From positions 182,652,001 through 182,716,000 of the forward strand of contig OZ024740.1 of the NCBI GenBank assembly GCA_964016885.1: a stretch of DNA of 64,000 bases, in the 5' to 3' direction. The notes under the pieces were generated by a model. The model made no database searches. It was not told the DNA's origin and saw nothing but the letters and a program-made list of their open reading frames with translations. A program made the translations under genes and the position numbers. Within the stretch, counting starts at the first letter, position 1, and the number at the start of each line of letters is the position of its first letter. Shown here piece after piece: positions 37,373 through 50,120 of the stretch. The DNA is from Eledone cirrhosa (Eukaryota).

Positions 37373-39851
37373 CACACACATAAGGAGAGAGAAAGAGAGA
37401 AGGGGCCCTGTTCAGAGAGGGATCTGTTTGATGAGAGGTCCCAGGGCATTCACCCTCACCCAATACATCTGACTCTGACACTACCTAGAGTGAGATGTGC
37501 TTGGAAGAAATTCCAGGAACTGAGTGGCATACTAATGAGGAGGGAAGTTTCACTGAAATCGAAGGAAAATGTGTAAGCTACATGTGTGAGAAGTGGCATT
37601 ATTTATGAGAATCAGATGTGTAATCAACATGGAGTAACAGAGAAGTCTGGAAGGAATGTAAATGTGAAATGTCTAGAGGATGAGGGGAACATTGCTGAAA
37701 GAGAGAATGACTAACAATAAATTGTAAAAGATGATGGTAATTGAGCCAGTGTAAAACTTCTGGTACCACATGTCTGAACCCACCCCTGATTCTATAATAG
37801 AAAACAATTTATTCTAAAGTGCTTATATTTATCTAAAACCCTTCCATCATAACTTTACTAAGAACCTTTATTAAGTTATTTTCCAAACACCAGCTTAGTT
37901 ATATAAATAACTTTCTCTAGATTCTTGATAATTTTCAAAATCATTTGACAATCGAAGACAATAGCTTTCACTACAGATATGCTAATCGAAGGGTTAAACA
38001 ATGTCTCTGTACTCTGCTTCTATTTTCAAAATATAAAACGCCAGAAAAATTACTGTTATGCATTTCAATCCACATTAACAATCTCATTAATCCACTACCT
38101 AGTTTTATTTTTTAAATCGAATAGTATGAAAGATAAGGTTAACCTTTGTGGAGGTTGGACTCAGAACACAGAGAGACAGAACAAATATTACAAGACATTT
38201 TGTTCTATGCTCCAACAAATTTGCTAATTTGTCCTTGCTGAGGAGAAGAGACTATATCTAAGTCTTTTTATATCACAATTGGTGACAAATGTCATTGTTG
38301 GTTATAGGTTTCCTGTGAGTAAATGATTTCTCACTGTGAGAGTAATGAGAAGGTATCTGTAACTCTATGCTGAACAAATATCTCAGGGGACTTTCTTTGT
38401 AAAACACTTGCTTTTGTTATTTAATTTTTGCTGTCTCACTTGTATTATATACACACATGGTAGAAGATACGTGGCTGGGATATCATGCAGTGAGATGAAT
38501 CCCAGAACCACTTAGTTATGAAGCAAATTTCTTAACCATACAGCCGTACCAGGTTGATTTTTCAATTTGTTTATGGCTCGCCCTTTCCAATTTGCATACA
38601 TAGCTATCTGTGTGTTTCTATTAAAAACAAAATAGTGAATAAATGCATAATATGATTTCAAAATGTCTTCTAAACTTTTTTGTAATACATAAATTATATC
38701 ACATATATATATGTATAAATATATATATATTTTTTTCAAACTCATATCAAAACATATCCGTGTTCTGTTTTTAAGCATGTTCCTCTGATATGCATACTAT
38801 TTTCTAGTATTTTAACTTAACTTTATGACGTTTCAAATAAACATTTCAGCAAAGCATTATAGATGCATAACTGCAGGTTTAAAGATAACATAGAAGTATA
38901 ATATCTCATTATGTTTGATATTTTCTATTGATGGTTTAAACCTAATTTTTTCTTTCTTTCTCATACATAAATATGATAATTCCTTGACAAAAAACTGTCG
39001 ACAATAACATCGGTAGGACAAAAGAAAGGTATACTACTCTCTACCCATCATCTTTAAAGTCAGTATTATCTCAACTACATTAGTTTATCCTTACCATTTG
39101 TTCTTTTTTATTTGTAGGTTAATCTCATTTTTATTTTGTTTTATGATTACGTATTTGCTGTTTTACATTAATTTGGTCCACACCAGCAGAGACAAGATAA
39201 TTCTACTAAATGTATATATCTCCATTGGATATTCCAGTGGAAAATGTTTTAAAACTGTGACATCTAACCACTTCTAGTAATAGCAGTAGGAGAGACATAA
39301 AGAAAGAATCAGCATGTCTATAGGTTACCAATTGTAATATACTGGTGATTGAATCTTTGCTGATCAGTCTGGTAGCTTTTTATTTTGGAAGGCGAGAATG
39401 TCTAAAATTATTGTATGTCCTTGATATGTCAGACATTGTTATATAAACTTTGAACATGAGTTTTGTAAGCAGTCAACAAAGTAACTGCTCAAACCTGTAG
39501 TCATTTTGAAGTGGCCTGAAGAGGATATATTGATAGAAATTTTGTAATGTTGTAATGTTGATTTGAATATAAAAACAATAGTTTGGTTTCCTTTCTGAAA
39601 TTACAAGGTAAAATATTTTAGTTTAGGATTTATGAAAGAGAAGATATTTTATTGAATAAATGGATTCTTTTGAAACTTTAAGGATTTAATATACAACTTC
39701 TTACAAAAATAACATTTCATAAAAATGGACAATATTGTACTTACTTTATTTGAATGGCGTCACTGTTAACTCAGATTAAATTGAACCAACTCCAAAAAAT
39801 GAATTCATAGCCTTGGTAAAATACTTCTAGGTGGCATTATTTTTATATTAA

Positions 39852-40280
39852 GGGCGGTGGATTGGCAGTATCGGTAGAGGGTCGGACGCCATGCTTTCCA
39901 GCATAGTTACGTCCCTTTACGATCTGAGTTCAAATCCCACCGAGGTTGACTTTGCCTTTCATCCTTACGGGGTCGATAAAATAAAGTACCAGTAATGCAC
40001 TGGGTAATTGCTGGCCTTGTGCCTAAAGTAGAAACAATTATTTTTATATTAAGGGCGGTGAATTGACAATATTGGTAGAAAGGTCAGACATGCTTCCCAG
40101 CGTAGTTACGTCCCTTTACGATCTGATTTCAAATCCCGCCGAGGTTAACTTTGCTTTCATCCTTACGGGGTCGATAAAATAAAGTACCAGTAATCATCAT
40201 CATCATCATCTTCGTTTAACGTCCACTTTCCACGCTAGCATGGGTAATTGCTGGCCTTGTGCCAAAAGTAGAAACAAATA
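39852..40280 (+). mobile_element. Two tandem SINE family A copies; the second carries a short antisense RTE tail insertion (40195-40244)
   Basis: Copies at 39852-40041 and 40052-40280; atttttatatt occurs before, between and after them. Confidence 0.9.
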
Positions 40281-42654
40281 TTTTTATATTCTTACAAGAT
40301 GTATCTTACAGTGATATAAAAAGATGGTGCAAACAATTGGATATCCTTCTGTGGATATAATACTGGATATCTTTGTATGAAAAGGAGAATAGATATATAT
40401 GTATGGCTATCTTCCTCTTCTTTTTCTTCACCCACCTATTCCTGGGAAGTTCTTGGTGGTAGAGTTCTCAAGTACTCTTTCTTGTGGGTCTTGTCAGAAG
40501 AAACTGCATAATACTGGATATTTTTGTGTAGATACAAAATAGGATATAATGTTGGTAAAAGATTGGAAAACCAATATTAAATTCACTCATTAACTTTTCA
40601 CAAAAATATATGTTGTGCCAAGCTATCCCATATTTTACCTACCCAACATGATATAAAAGTTTTGTGTGAACGATGGAATCAAATGACTGACTTTGCAGAG
40701 TTGTTTTGTTATGAAATATGATAATAAAGAACCCAAATTAATTTTTTCTCAACTATTTCCCATCTCTTTAAAGCACATTTTAAAACAAGCACATCATTTC
40801 TAATAGTAAGCTTCTAATAAGCTTCTAATAAGCTTCTAATAAGCTTTGTGCCAAATATCAGTACTCTAACTGACTAAAACTTTAATTAACACAGTGATTA
40901 AAACTGATTTTGTTTTAATTCTTTCTATAAATTCTTAGCTATATCAATATCAGAGTTTAATTATTAGATATAATTTTTTGTTATTTCTACAATATATGAA
41001 TAACTAAAGAACTTTAAGAGATTTCAGAAGGAAAAATCATAAATACATTTCCCCTCTTTGAAATCAATAGCAATGTTGCAACAATGTGAAATTCAGAACT
41101 GGCAGTCATTCAAGTTAAAGATTAGAGGGGAAATTGTATAGGTGATTAGATAAAGGTTGTATGGCTAGTTAAGTTAGCATGTGGCTGGTAAAATGATTCA
41201 TTATCACAGAGACATGCTGGGAATTAACAGTGGCAAGAACATGCAAACACTTTGTTCACAAACAGCAGTTAATTATACAGGGTTATTAATTTATTCATGC
41301 AAGAGCACAGCTATGTTGGCGTACATTCAATATTAAGTGCAGAAAAGGGCGGCAACGTTGTCAGATATGACACAACAGAAGACTAAGTGAATTAAGGTAT
41401 TTATATTAACCAACCCTCTCACTACTTTCTACCATATCAATTTAATCTTTGTCAAATAAACTTTCCTTTTCTTCTGCAATATGATGAAAGAGATGAAAGA
41501 AAAGTAAATATTAATTTTACCCTATGGGACGAAACAACAATTGTAATATAAAAGCCTGTATAAGAATTAACACTTTTAATACTCACCTGCTTGAGATCCA
41601 CCCCTATTTCATACTAAAGTTGAAGCTAGTACAGCTCACTAGTATATAGTTTCAGCTGGGCCCATATAAGGTTGCCTCTCATATGAGATTTCTTTAGTAT
41701 TTTAATTATAGAGGTTCCAGTCCTTTTATGTCACTATTTTTCTGGTGATAGAAATAAGGGTTTCAAATCAGAATATCCAGAGCTGGAACACATAATTGTT
41801 TCTATTTTTGGCACAAAGCCAGCAATTATCCCAGTAGGCATTCCATCTGGTACTTTAATAATCCTGCCACTTCTCTGCTATTTATTGTTACAGTATTTAT
41901 TGACTCTAATTCGAATCCTGGCGGCATGTTGTGTCCTTGAGTAAGACACTTTATTTCATATATTTATTTGCTCCAGTCTGTTCAGCTGGCAAAAATGAGT
42001 TGTACTTGTAATTCGAAGGACCAGCTATATCATGTTCGATGTCACTCTGAATCTCCCAGAGAACTACATTAAGGGTATGCACGTTAATTTCATGTGCATG
42101 CTGTTCTGTTGATAGGAACAATTGGAACACTGGGTGTCATAACCGATGGAGTGCCAGTTAGGTTAGTTATTCCTTGACCCTAAAAGAATGAAAGGTAAAG
42201 TTGAATTTGTCAGGATTTAAACTCAGAGTACAGAGAACTGGCACAAAGTTTTATGTTTAAATTAAATTCTTCATTTATCATAAATGATATTGTAGAAAAA
42301 TTCCAGTTGATCAATATGAGCAGAATATGCATGCATGGGCCCGCAAGCCCTGAGGAAGTAGTAGTGACACCATATTGATACACAGCATTTCTAGGGCATT
42401 TTTAAACATGGTTGAGCTCAATCCTCTACATGTCTGAATATAGCAGTGTTCATCCAGAGAAGGATAGGGAGTGAGAGAATAGAATTGAGAAAGAGATACA
42501 GAGGATCAACCCAATTATTAGACTGGTATTTTTTTAAATTTTTTATCGACCCCAACTGAATGAAAGGCAAATGAACCATTATACAAGGTTAGAGATATTT
42601 TCCTAAACACTTACAAATTGTTAATTATATAGTAAATTGATTGAAAGACAGTCT

Positions 42655-42913
42655 ATCATCATCATCATCATCATCAGGTTTAGCGTCCGTGTTCCACGCT
42701 TGCATGGGTTTGGACGGGGGTTTTCCCACTTGAGGCAAGAGTGGTTGTCTTGCTCGCATAGGACTGTCTGGCGGGTTTTCTACAGCTGGATGCCCTTCCT
42801 AACACCAACCACATTTACAGTGTGGGACTGGGAGGTTTTTACCGTGTTGCCTACACGGCCACATTTACAGCGTGGACTGTGTGTTTTTTTGTCGTGACAC
42901 CTACACGATCTCA
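42655..42913 (-). mobile_element. Solo RTE 3' UTR fragment
   Basis: Almost identical to 50121-50375; (ATG)n tail. Confidence 0.85.
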
Positions 42914-44359
42914 TTAGAAATATAGTAATGAGTTAGAAATATGGTAGAAGTAAATCTGATAACTCTGTCTTTTCAATGTCTCGCTACTAAGAATAAAATT
43001 AAAAATAAATAGCCACAATATATGTAGAATTTAAGATACAAAGAAATAAATTAAATTAGAGGAAGTGTTAACAAAACTCATTATCATGATAAATTTTTTT
43101 TGTTAAAATAGAGATTATTTAAATGAGGAGCACATCAACCACATGAAAATATAAGGCACTGTGCAAATAGAGATACACTAAAATTAAATGGCAGAGAGCA
43201 GGATTTCAACAGCACCCCTCTAAGAAACATGAAAGCTTTTAGAAAACTGAAAACTTCTGAGTAAAATATAAGTTGTATTATTTTTTTGTAAATCATGCGT
43301 TACTCTGGATAAAAACTAAAAATGAATATTGATTTCTCTTCATAATTAGAACATTAAATGAATATTATACGACATATGGGAAATTAAAATTGAGTTGTAT
43401 ATAATGTTTCCTTTTATTTCCTTACTACCCAGAAAAATAGATCACAGTGGAACCCTAGAGAAAAGGAGGACATGCCTGTGTCAAGCAAAATGGGCAAAGA
43501 GCAAATGAGCAAAAAGGCTGAAAATAATTCTCTCCTGTCATATTTTAGCGATGATTAAAATATACTTCTTCTGACAGGACCCACTGGAAGGAGTGTTTGA
43601 GTACTCTACCCCCATGACATTCTCAGGAATATGTTGGCAAAGAAGAAGTTAGAATATACTTTAAGGAGAAACATCACGAGTGATGTAAATATAAAAAAGA
43701 AATAACTTTTAATAAAGAGACTGTTGGGAAAGCCAGTATAATGCAAATAGAAGTATAAAGATGGAATTAGAATAGGGTAAAAAAATAATGAAAAACAGCA
43801 ATATTTTTACTGTATATTTCATATTATTTCAATATTAAGACCTTCTTTTCAAATGATGAACTAAAAAACTGAGGTTGTAATAGCAAACATTTTCAACCAG
43901 TCATATGACTTGGCAATGAGACAATTAAGAAGCCTTTTTGTGAACTACTTGAGATATCAGCCAACTCAAATCATGCCATACTTTCAAAAGAAAAAGACAA
44001 TCTTAAACAATAGGGTGGTCATAAATGGAACATCAAGCTCACCTGGTGTTCAACAGCTGTCAACACAATTACTAATTATAAATATTCAATATTCTTTCAA
44101 ATATTAAACTGGCAATTATATGGAATTCTAAACAATTTCACCATGTTAATATCTGTCAGATTTATACTGCCAGCAACTACATTATATGATCAGTTTAGTA
44201 GAAGTATCTATACATTAATTTAAACATTTGATATAACAGGCTGCAAATTGAACTGATGAGGTAAAAATAAGTCCTGAAGCCAAACATAATAATGCTGAAC
44301 GGCGGTGTGGGACGAAAGCCTCAATATTATCTTTCAACAGAGATATCAAGAAAATGAGT

Positions 44360-44550
44360 GGAGGCACATGACCTAGTGGTGAGGGTGTTGGACATATGAT
44401 CATAATGTTTTATTCCTGGATTAGGTTGTGTGTTGTGTTCTTGAGCAAAACTCTTTGTTTCACATTGCTCCAGTATACTCAGCTGAAAATGAGTACCAGC
44501 AATAGCAGAAAGCAAAATAAGCACTGGCCTGATGAGCCTCTGGGATTGAG
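44360..44550 (+). mobile_element. Diverged CORE-like tRNA SINE
   Basis: ggaggcacatgacctagtgg head and gtgttcttgagcaaaac block. Confidence 0.65.
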
Positions 44551-46055
44551 ACAGACTTTAGACTTTTTTTTACAAATTGTACTGAAGAAGTAACAATGAG
44601 TGCTGAAGCCAGAAACGACAACTTGCTGAATGGTGGGGCAGGATGAAAGGCTCGATATTATTATTCAACAAAGATATCAAGAATACAAGTATATTTCAAA
44701 CTACAAACATGGTTTCACATCCTGAACTGTTTGGTAATACTGTTGACTGGCAGCTCAAACAGTTTGATAAAATTATAATTGCATTTATCATATCAATGTT
44801 ATTGTTGCTGATAGAGTTAATTGATGTATTCATAGATTTTCAGAATCTTTAGAAGGTAAAGGAAAATGCATTGCAGTGTTCTGTCTCTTTGCATTCTGAG
44901 TTGAAATCCCATTATGGTCAACTTTGTTTTTCACCTACCTATGATTAATAAAATGAAGTATCAGTCAAGTACTGTGATCATTTCAATTAACTATCTTCTA
45001 CTCAAAATTTTGTGTCTTGTGCTTACATTAGCGACAATTATTCATCATCATCATCATCATCAGCAATTTTATGTCTGTTTTTCCTTGCTAATGTTAGTTA
45101 GATTGATCTTTTCCCATACTGCATTTGCCTATTTGATTTTTACCTTTGCCATCACCTTTTTGGGGTTCAAATATTTTAGATCATTACACATTTCAAGTCT
45201 GTACCAGCATAACCCCTCTTTTATGCTACAAATGATTAATTCCATATATGCTAAGGTTTTCTTTTAGCTCATCTATGCTCTGTCATCTACTGCTACCACT
45301 GCCACCGCCTTATGATTCAGTCATTTACACTTTAATAAATTACCAATGTAATGATAGAGAGAAAAACTACCATACCATATTGCAATTTAGAGAAAAAGAC
45401 ACTATGTCCATCTTTTTTGAATCATCGCCCTCTTTCAGATGGAAAATTTTCCACCACACACATGAATATTAAATATTCAAAAGCAGACCAAAAATATTTT
45501 GGTAAAAGTCTGTTGCTGGTCCATTATTCCTATTTAGCCTCCTGTTGTTTTTCTTTATACAGGTTGTTTGCATTTCTTCTTTGAATATCTTTTGGAGGAT
45601 AGCATATTTTGAAATAACTTCTTAATACAAATCGTTTACCTACATTTCCAATCACCCACCATTTTCTGCTTAGTTTCTCATCGTCCACCAGTGGGCAATA
45701 TTGCCCAGCCTTGAAACCCTGCCCTATGTGATCATTCAAGCTGTTAGAACTAGCAACCTAATTCTGCCAAATCAGACCCTTGCTTCGTAAAAGCAGGAAG
45801 GATTTATTGACAATGGATTAAAACAACATTATGCAATGATTTATGAGAAAATATTTTAAAATAGGTTTATTTCAAGTGCCAATAGTATCTTTAATAATAG
45901 ACAGGTCATTATGAAGTTAGCAATAAGCTGAAGTAAAGATTTAATTTTAATGTAATGCAGTCATAGTGTATATACATATTGATTACCTGAACAAGCAATA
46001 TTTATTAGAATGCTGTGTTGGTGTGTCATCAATACAACCACTTTACAGGGTGAAC

Positions 46056-46098
<43 letters not shown>

Positions 46099-46103
<5 letters not shown>

Positions 46104-47105
46104 GGGGGGAAGAAGAAATGGCTTCACTTGTGCTTTCAACAAATTTATTTTCTTCACAAAATCCCAAAATAATTTTTTTTCGGATTAGAATAACATTTTT
46201 TTTTTTTTTTTTCTTAAAAAAAATTTTATTTTATGAATTAAGTTGTTGGTTGTTGGTTAGGTCTTAGGAGTTCTTGGTTAACGTAAGAGGTATTGTTTCG
46301 TTTTTAGAACGACCTTTCACGCTGAGGTGTGCTTGTCAAACTGATGTGTATGTGGTGTGTTGTTCTATATATAGGGATTTAACATGTCTGTAGTGTGGTG
46401 GGGGTTATTTTCTCCCCTTTAATAAGTGTATGGGTGTAGGTGTGTTGAAAAAGTGTTAATAGCAGTAATGAGTTGAGACGGTGAGTAGGGTTGGGTGGGG
46501 AGAAATGTAGCAAGTGCGGCCTGCGCCGGTCATTCTCGAAAAATTCCTTTATTCAGGGGAAAAAGCTTTTAGTATTCCTTTGTGTTGAGAATGGTCATAG
46601 GCAAATCGCACCTGCCAAGTTTGTAAACAATTATTCTTTTCTGATGAATTTTTCTACGTCCATCCCAAAATTAGTCCTTTGTTCAACACACACATATGTG
46701 CGTATACACGTACATACACACACGGGCATATGTAGGAATATATCGGCACACACCATCAATCACACACCCATGTACATATACATCCACATACATACATAAA
46801 AACATATAAAGACACATATAAAAACACATATACACATACGTACACACACGAATATGTACTCATACCTCTACATGGGTATATATATATATATACATACATA
46901 CATATATATACATATACACACATAAAGATACATAACTAAATATACATATATACACATACACGCACACACACACACGTGTACACACACACACACACATATA
47001 TACATATGTCTGTATATATACCTCCGTTCACACATACATGCATACACACACACACACATACACACACATACATATATATAAATAGATAGAGAGAGAGAGA
47101 GGCAT

Positions 47106-47154
<49 letters not shown>

Positions 47155-47249
47155 CATACATATATATATACATATATGTACACATAAACACATACAGACA
47201 CATACACACATATACATACATATACACATATATATATCTATATATATAT

Positions 47250-47284
<35 letters not shown>

Positions 47285-47917
47285 CATACACATACACATA
47301 CAAGTACGTACATACACACATACATACATACACATACATATACATATACATACATACTTCAGAAATTCTTCAGAAAAAAAGAATTGTTTACAAACTTGGC
47401 AGGTGCGATTTGCCTATGACCATTCTCAACACAAAGGAATACTAAAAGCTTTTTCCCCTGAATAAAGGAATTTTTCGGGAATGACCGGGGCAGGCCGCAC
47501 TTGCTACATTTCTCCCCACCAACCCTACTCACCGTCTCAACTCATTACTGCTATTAACACTTTTTCAACACACCTACACCCATACACTTATTAAAGGGGG
47601 AGAACAAAAAACCCACCACACCACAGACATGTTAAATCCCTATATATAGGACAACACACCACATACACATCAGTTTGACAAGCGCACCTCAGCGTGAAAG
47701 GTCGTTCTAAAAACGAAACAATACCTCCTACGTTAACCAAGAACTCCTAAGACCTAACCAACAACCAACAACTTAATTTATAAAACAAACATTTTTTTAA
47801 GAAAAAAAAAAAAAAAATTTTTTTCTAATCCGGAAAAAAATTATTTTGGGATTTTGTGAAGAAAATAAATTTGTTGAAAGCACAAGTGAAGCCATTTCTT
47901 CTTTCCCCCCTGTCTCA
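46099..47917. repeat. Long inverted repeat: about 550-bp arms around a 700-bp CA/TA-rich spacer
   Basis: 46099-46650 is the reverse complement of 47370-47917 with few differences; TA tracts outside. Confidence 0.9.
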
Positions 47918-47953
47918 ATATACCTAACTGTACCAAGGATTACACACATTTTG

Positions 47954-47986
<33 letters not shown>

Positions 47987-47990
<4 letters not shown>

Positions 47991-48393
47991 GGAGGTGAGT
48001 TTTATTGTAGTACAATAAAGCAATGCAGATATCGGATAAGAAGCACTCTACAGTTTGTAGGACTGGAGTATACATAATATATAAGATCAAAAGATGGTTA
48101 AAGGAGTTCCATGTATTTTATTATGCGCATTTCAAAAACAAACATCATCATGCAATAATATTTGTGTTTTCATCAGATAAAACAGGAGAACATGATATGA
48201 AGGCTAAAAAAACACTTGTGGATAGTGCAGATATGTTGATTTAAAACTGCACTATCCACAAGTGTTTTTTTAGCCTTCATATCATGTTCTCCTGTTTTAT
48301 CTGATGAAAACACAAATATTATTGCATGATGATGTTTGTTTTTGAAATGCGCATAATAAAATACATGGAACTCCTTTAACCATCTTTTGATCT

Positions 48394-48402
<9 letters not shown>
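47987..48402. mobile_element. Inverted pair of solo pseudo-LTRs of the 21-25 kb PLE, with hammerheads at 48116-48182 (-) and 48295-48361 (+)
   Basis: Near-identical to 24740-24993 and its reverse complement; no ORF; TA flanks. Confidence 0.92.
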
Positions 48403-48447
<45 letters not shown>

Positions 48448-48449
<2 letters not shown>

Positions 48450-49837
48450 AGGGACTACCTTTAAATAGCATTGGTATAACCACAAAAGCTTTTTCAACCA
48501 CAGGCCCAAACGCTCCTAAACCAGACTAGTGGACTTGATCTGGGACCTCAAAGACAAGAACATGGAATACCAGATCAAATGGTCAGCTAAGAGACGCGTG
48601 GCCCAACTCCCCAACGACAGAAACCACTGCAGATTATGCCTGGCCGAGGCGGTTGGGATCATTAATTTGAAATCGGCCTTAAACTCGAGATCAGACATAA
48701 TAATTGTTTCTACTTTTGGCACAAGGCCAGCAATTATCCCAGTGTATTACTGGTACTTTATTTTATCGACCCTGTAAGGATGAAAGGCAAAGTTAACCTC
48801 GGCCGCCAGGAAGAACACCTTCTCTGCACAGACATTCGGCCATGGGCCAACGAGTAACCCTGACTCAACATAGGGATAATCACCTTTGCCTTACCACACC
48901 ATCCCTCATCTCAGTACCATTGTCTTCTCTAACATGTAACCCATTGTAAGATCCGATCTTGTAAATATCATGTCGCACTCATCACCCCCACCAAACACAT
49001 CGCCATACATCCACAACCATCAACATCACCAACACCTTCTCCACCCAGACATTCGGCCATGTGCCAAGGACAAACCCTAGCTCGAACTCAACATAGGGAT
49101 AATCACCAATACCTTACCACACCATCTCTCATTTCAGTACCATTGTTTTCTATGTCAGTTTTTAACTTGTAACGCATTGTATCGTTCGATCCTGTAAATA
49201 TCATGTCGCACCCATCACCACCGCCACCAAACACATAGCCATACATCTACAACCATCAACCTCACCGACACATACCACACCTAACATCCCACCCTAAACA
49301 CTGCGTGTGTGTGTGTCTGTGTGTACGTATGTTTGTGCAATCGCCCACACTACGTATCCCCACCGGCTATATATATACACATGAGCCCCCTTAACAATCC
49401 ACTACCACACATAACACCCCACCCTAAACACCGCAACCTTTCATCCAGTATCATAAACAGCAACACCACCACAACCACACCACGCACAAAATCAGCCCCA
49501 TCTACACGCCAAACTATCTAGCGACAATCAGCACCCCTACACCGCCATCCACTTCAACCTACACCCACCCACCCACATATACAACAGGCAAAAACATCCT
49601 TATGAATTAACCCACCAATCAAAACAAACTTCACTGACTACTATAGGAACATCAGACTTTCTCATACGGCATGTATGTTCATTTTTCCATTACCCTTGTT
49701 AGGGGTCTGTCATGCTGCGGAATACAGAGTCAGGATAGATCGATACAGATCGAACCTTGAGCTGATAAGTGGTGAAACGCGTGTCACCAACCAATAAACG
49801 TAACGAAGGAGTAAACATTCGTCCTTGTTATTTTATT

Positions 49838-49841
<4 letters not shown>
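48448..49841 (+). mobile_element. 5'-truncated Penelope-like element with a SINE A insertion (48698-48802)
   Basis: LIWDLKDKNMEYQIKW..CRLCLAEA..LNSRSD; about 220-bp tandem duplication in the 3' UTR; decayed CTGATAA..GAAACGCGT motif at 49762-49782; TA flanks. Confidence 0.8.
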
Positions 49842-49890
<49 letters not shown>

Positions 49891-49895
<5 letters not shown>

Positions 49896-50120
49896 AACGA
49901 GCAGGACCCCGACGGCTGAGCTCAAGCTGCTTCGACGGCTGATTCTGGACTAAAAAAAAAAAATTTTTTTTTTTTAAGTCCAGCATTAGCCGTCAAAACG
50001 GCTTGAGCTCAGCCGTCGGGGTCCTACTCGTTCCTATTACCCACTCTACTACCCTAAGTATTGAGTACTTTGGTGCGTTATGGTCCACCTGGTTCCTTAC
50101 CACATTTCCTTCGTTATATA
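49891..50120. mobile_element. Foldback pseudo-LTR fragment (hairpin 49891-50037) holding a hammerhead 3' half
   Basis: Arms are reverse complements around an A/T run; consensus of the two arms reads gccgtc GAAAC ggcttgagctcagcc GTC ggggtcc. Confidence 0.6.

Noticed and set aside
41581-41700. Minus-strand exon ending at CAG|GTGAGT
   Set aside because: No clear acceptor and no convincing reading frame upstream
45530-45739. 69-aa minus-strand ORF as a host exon
   Set aside because: No recognisable domain and weak splice signals
47668-47715. Hammerhead-like TTGACAA gcgc..gcgt GAAA inside the long inverted arms
   Set aside because: Two core mismatches and poor stem I/III pairing
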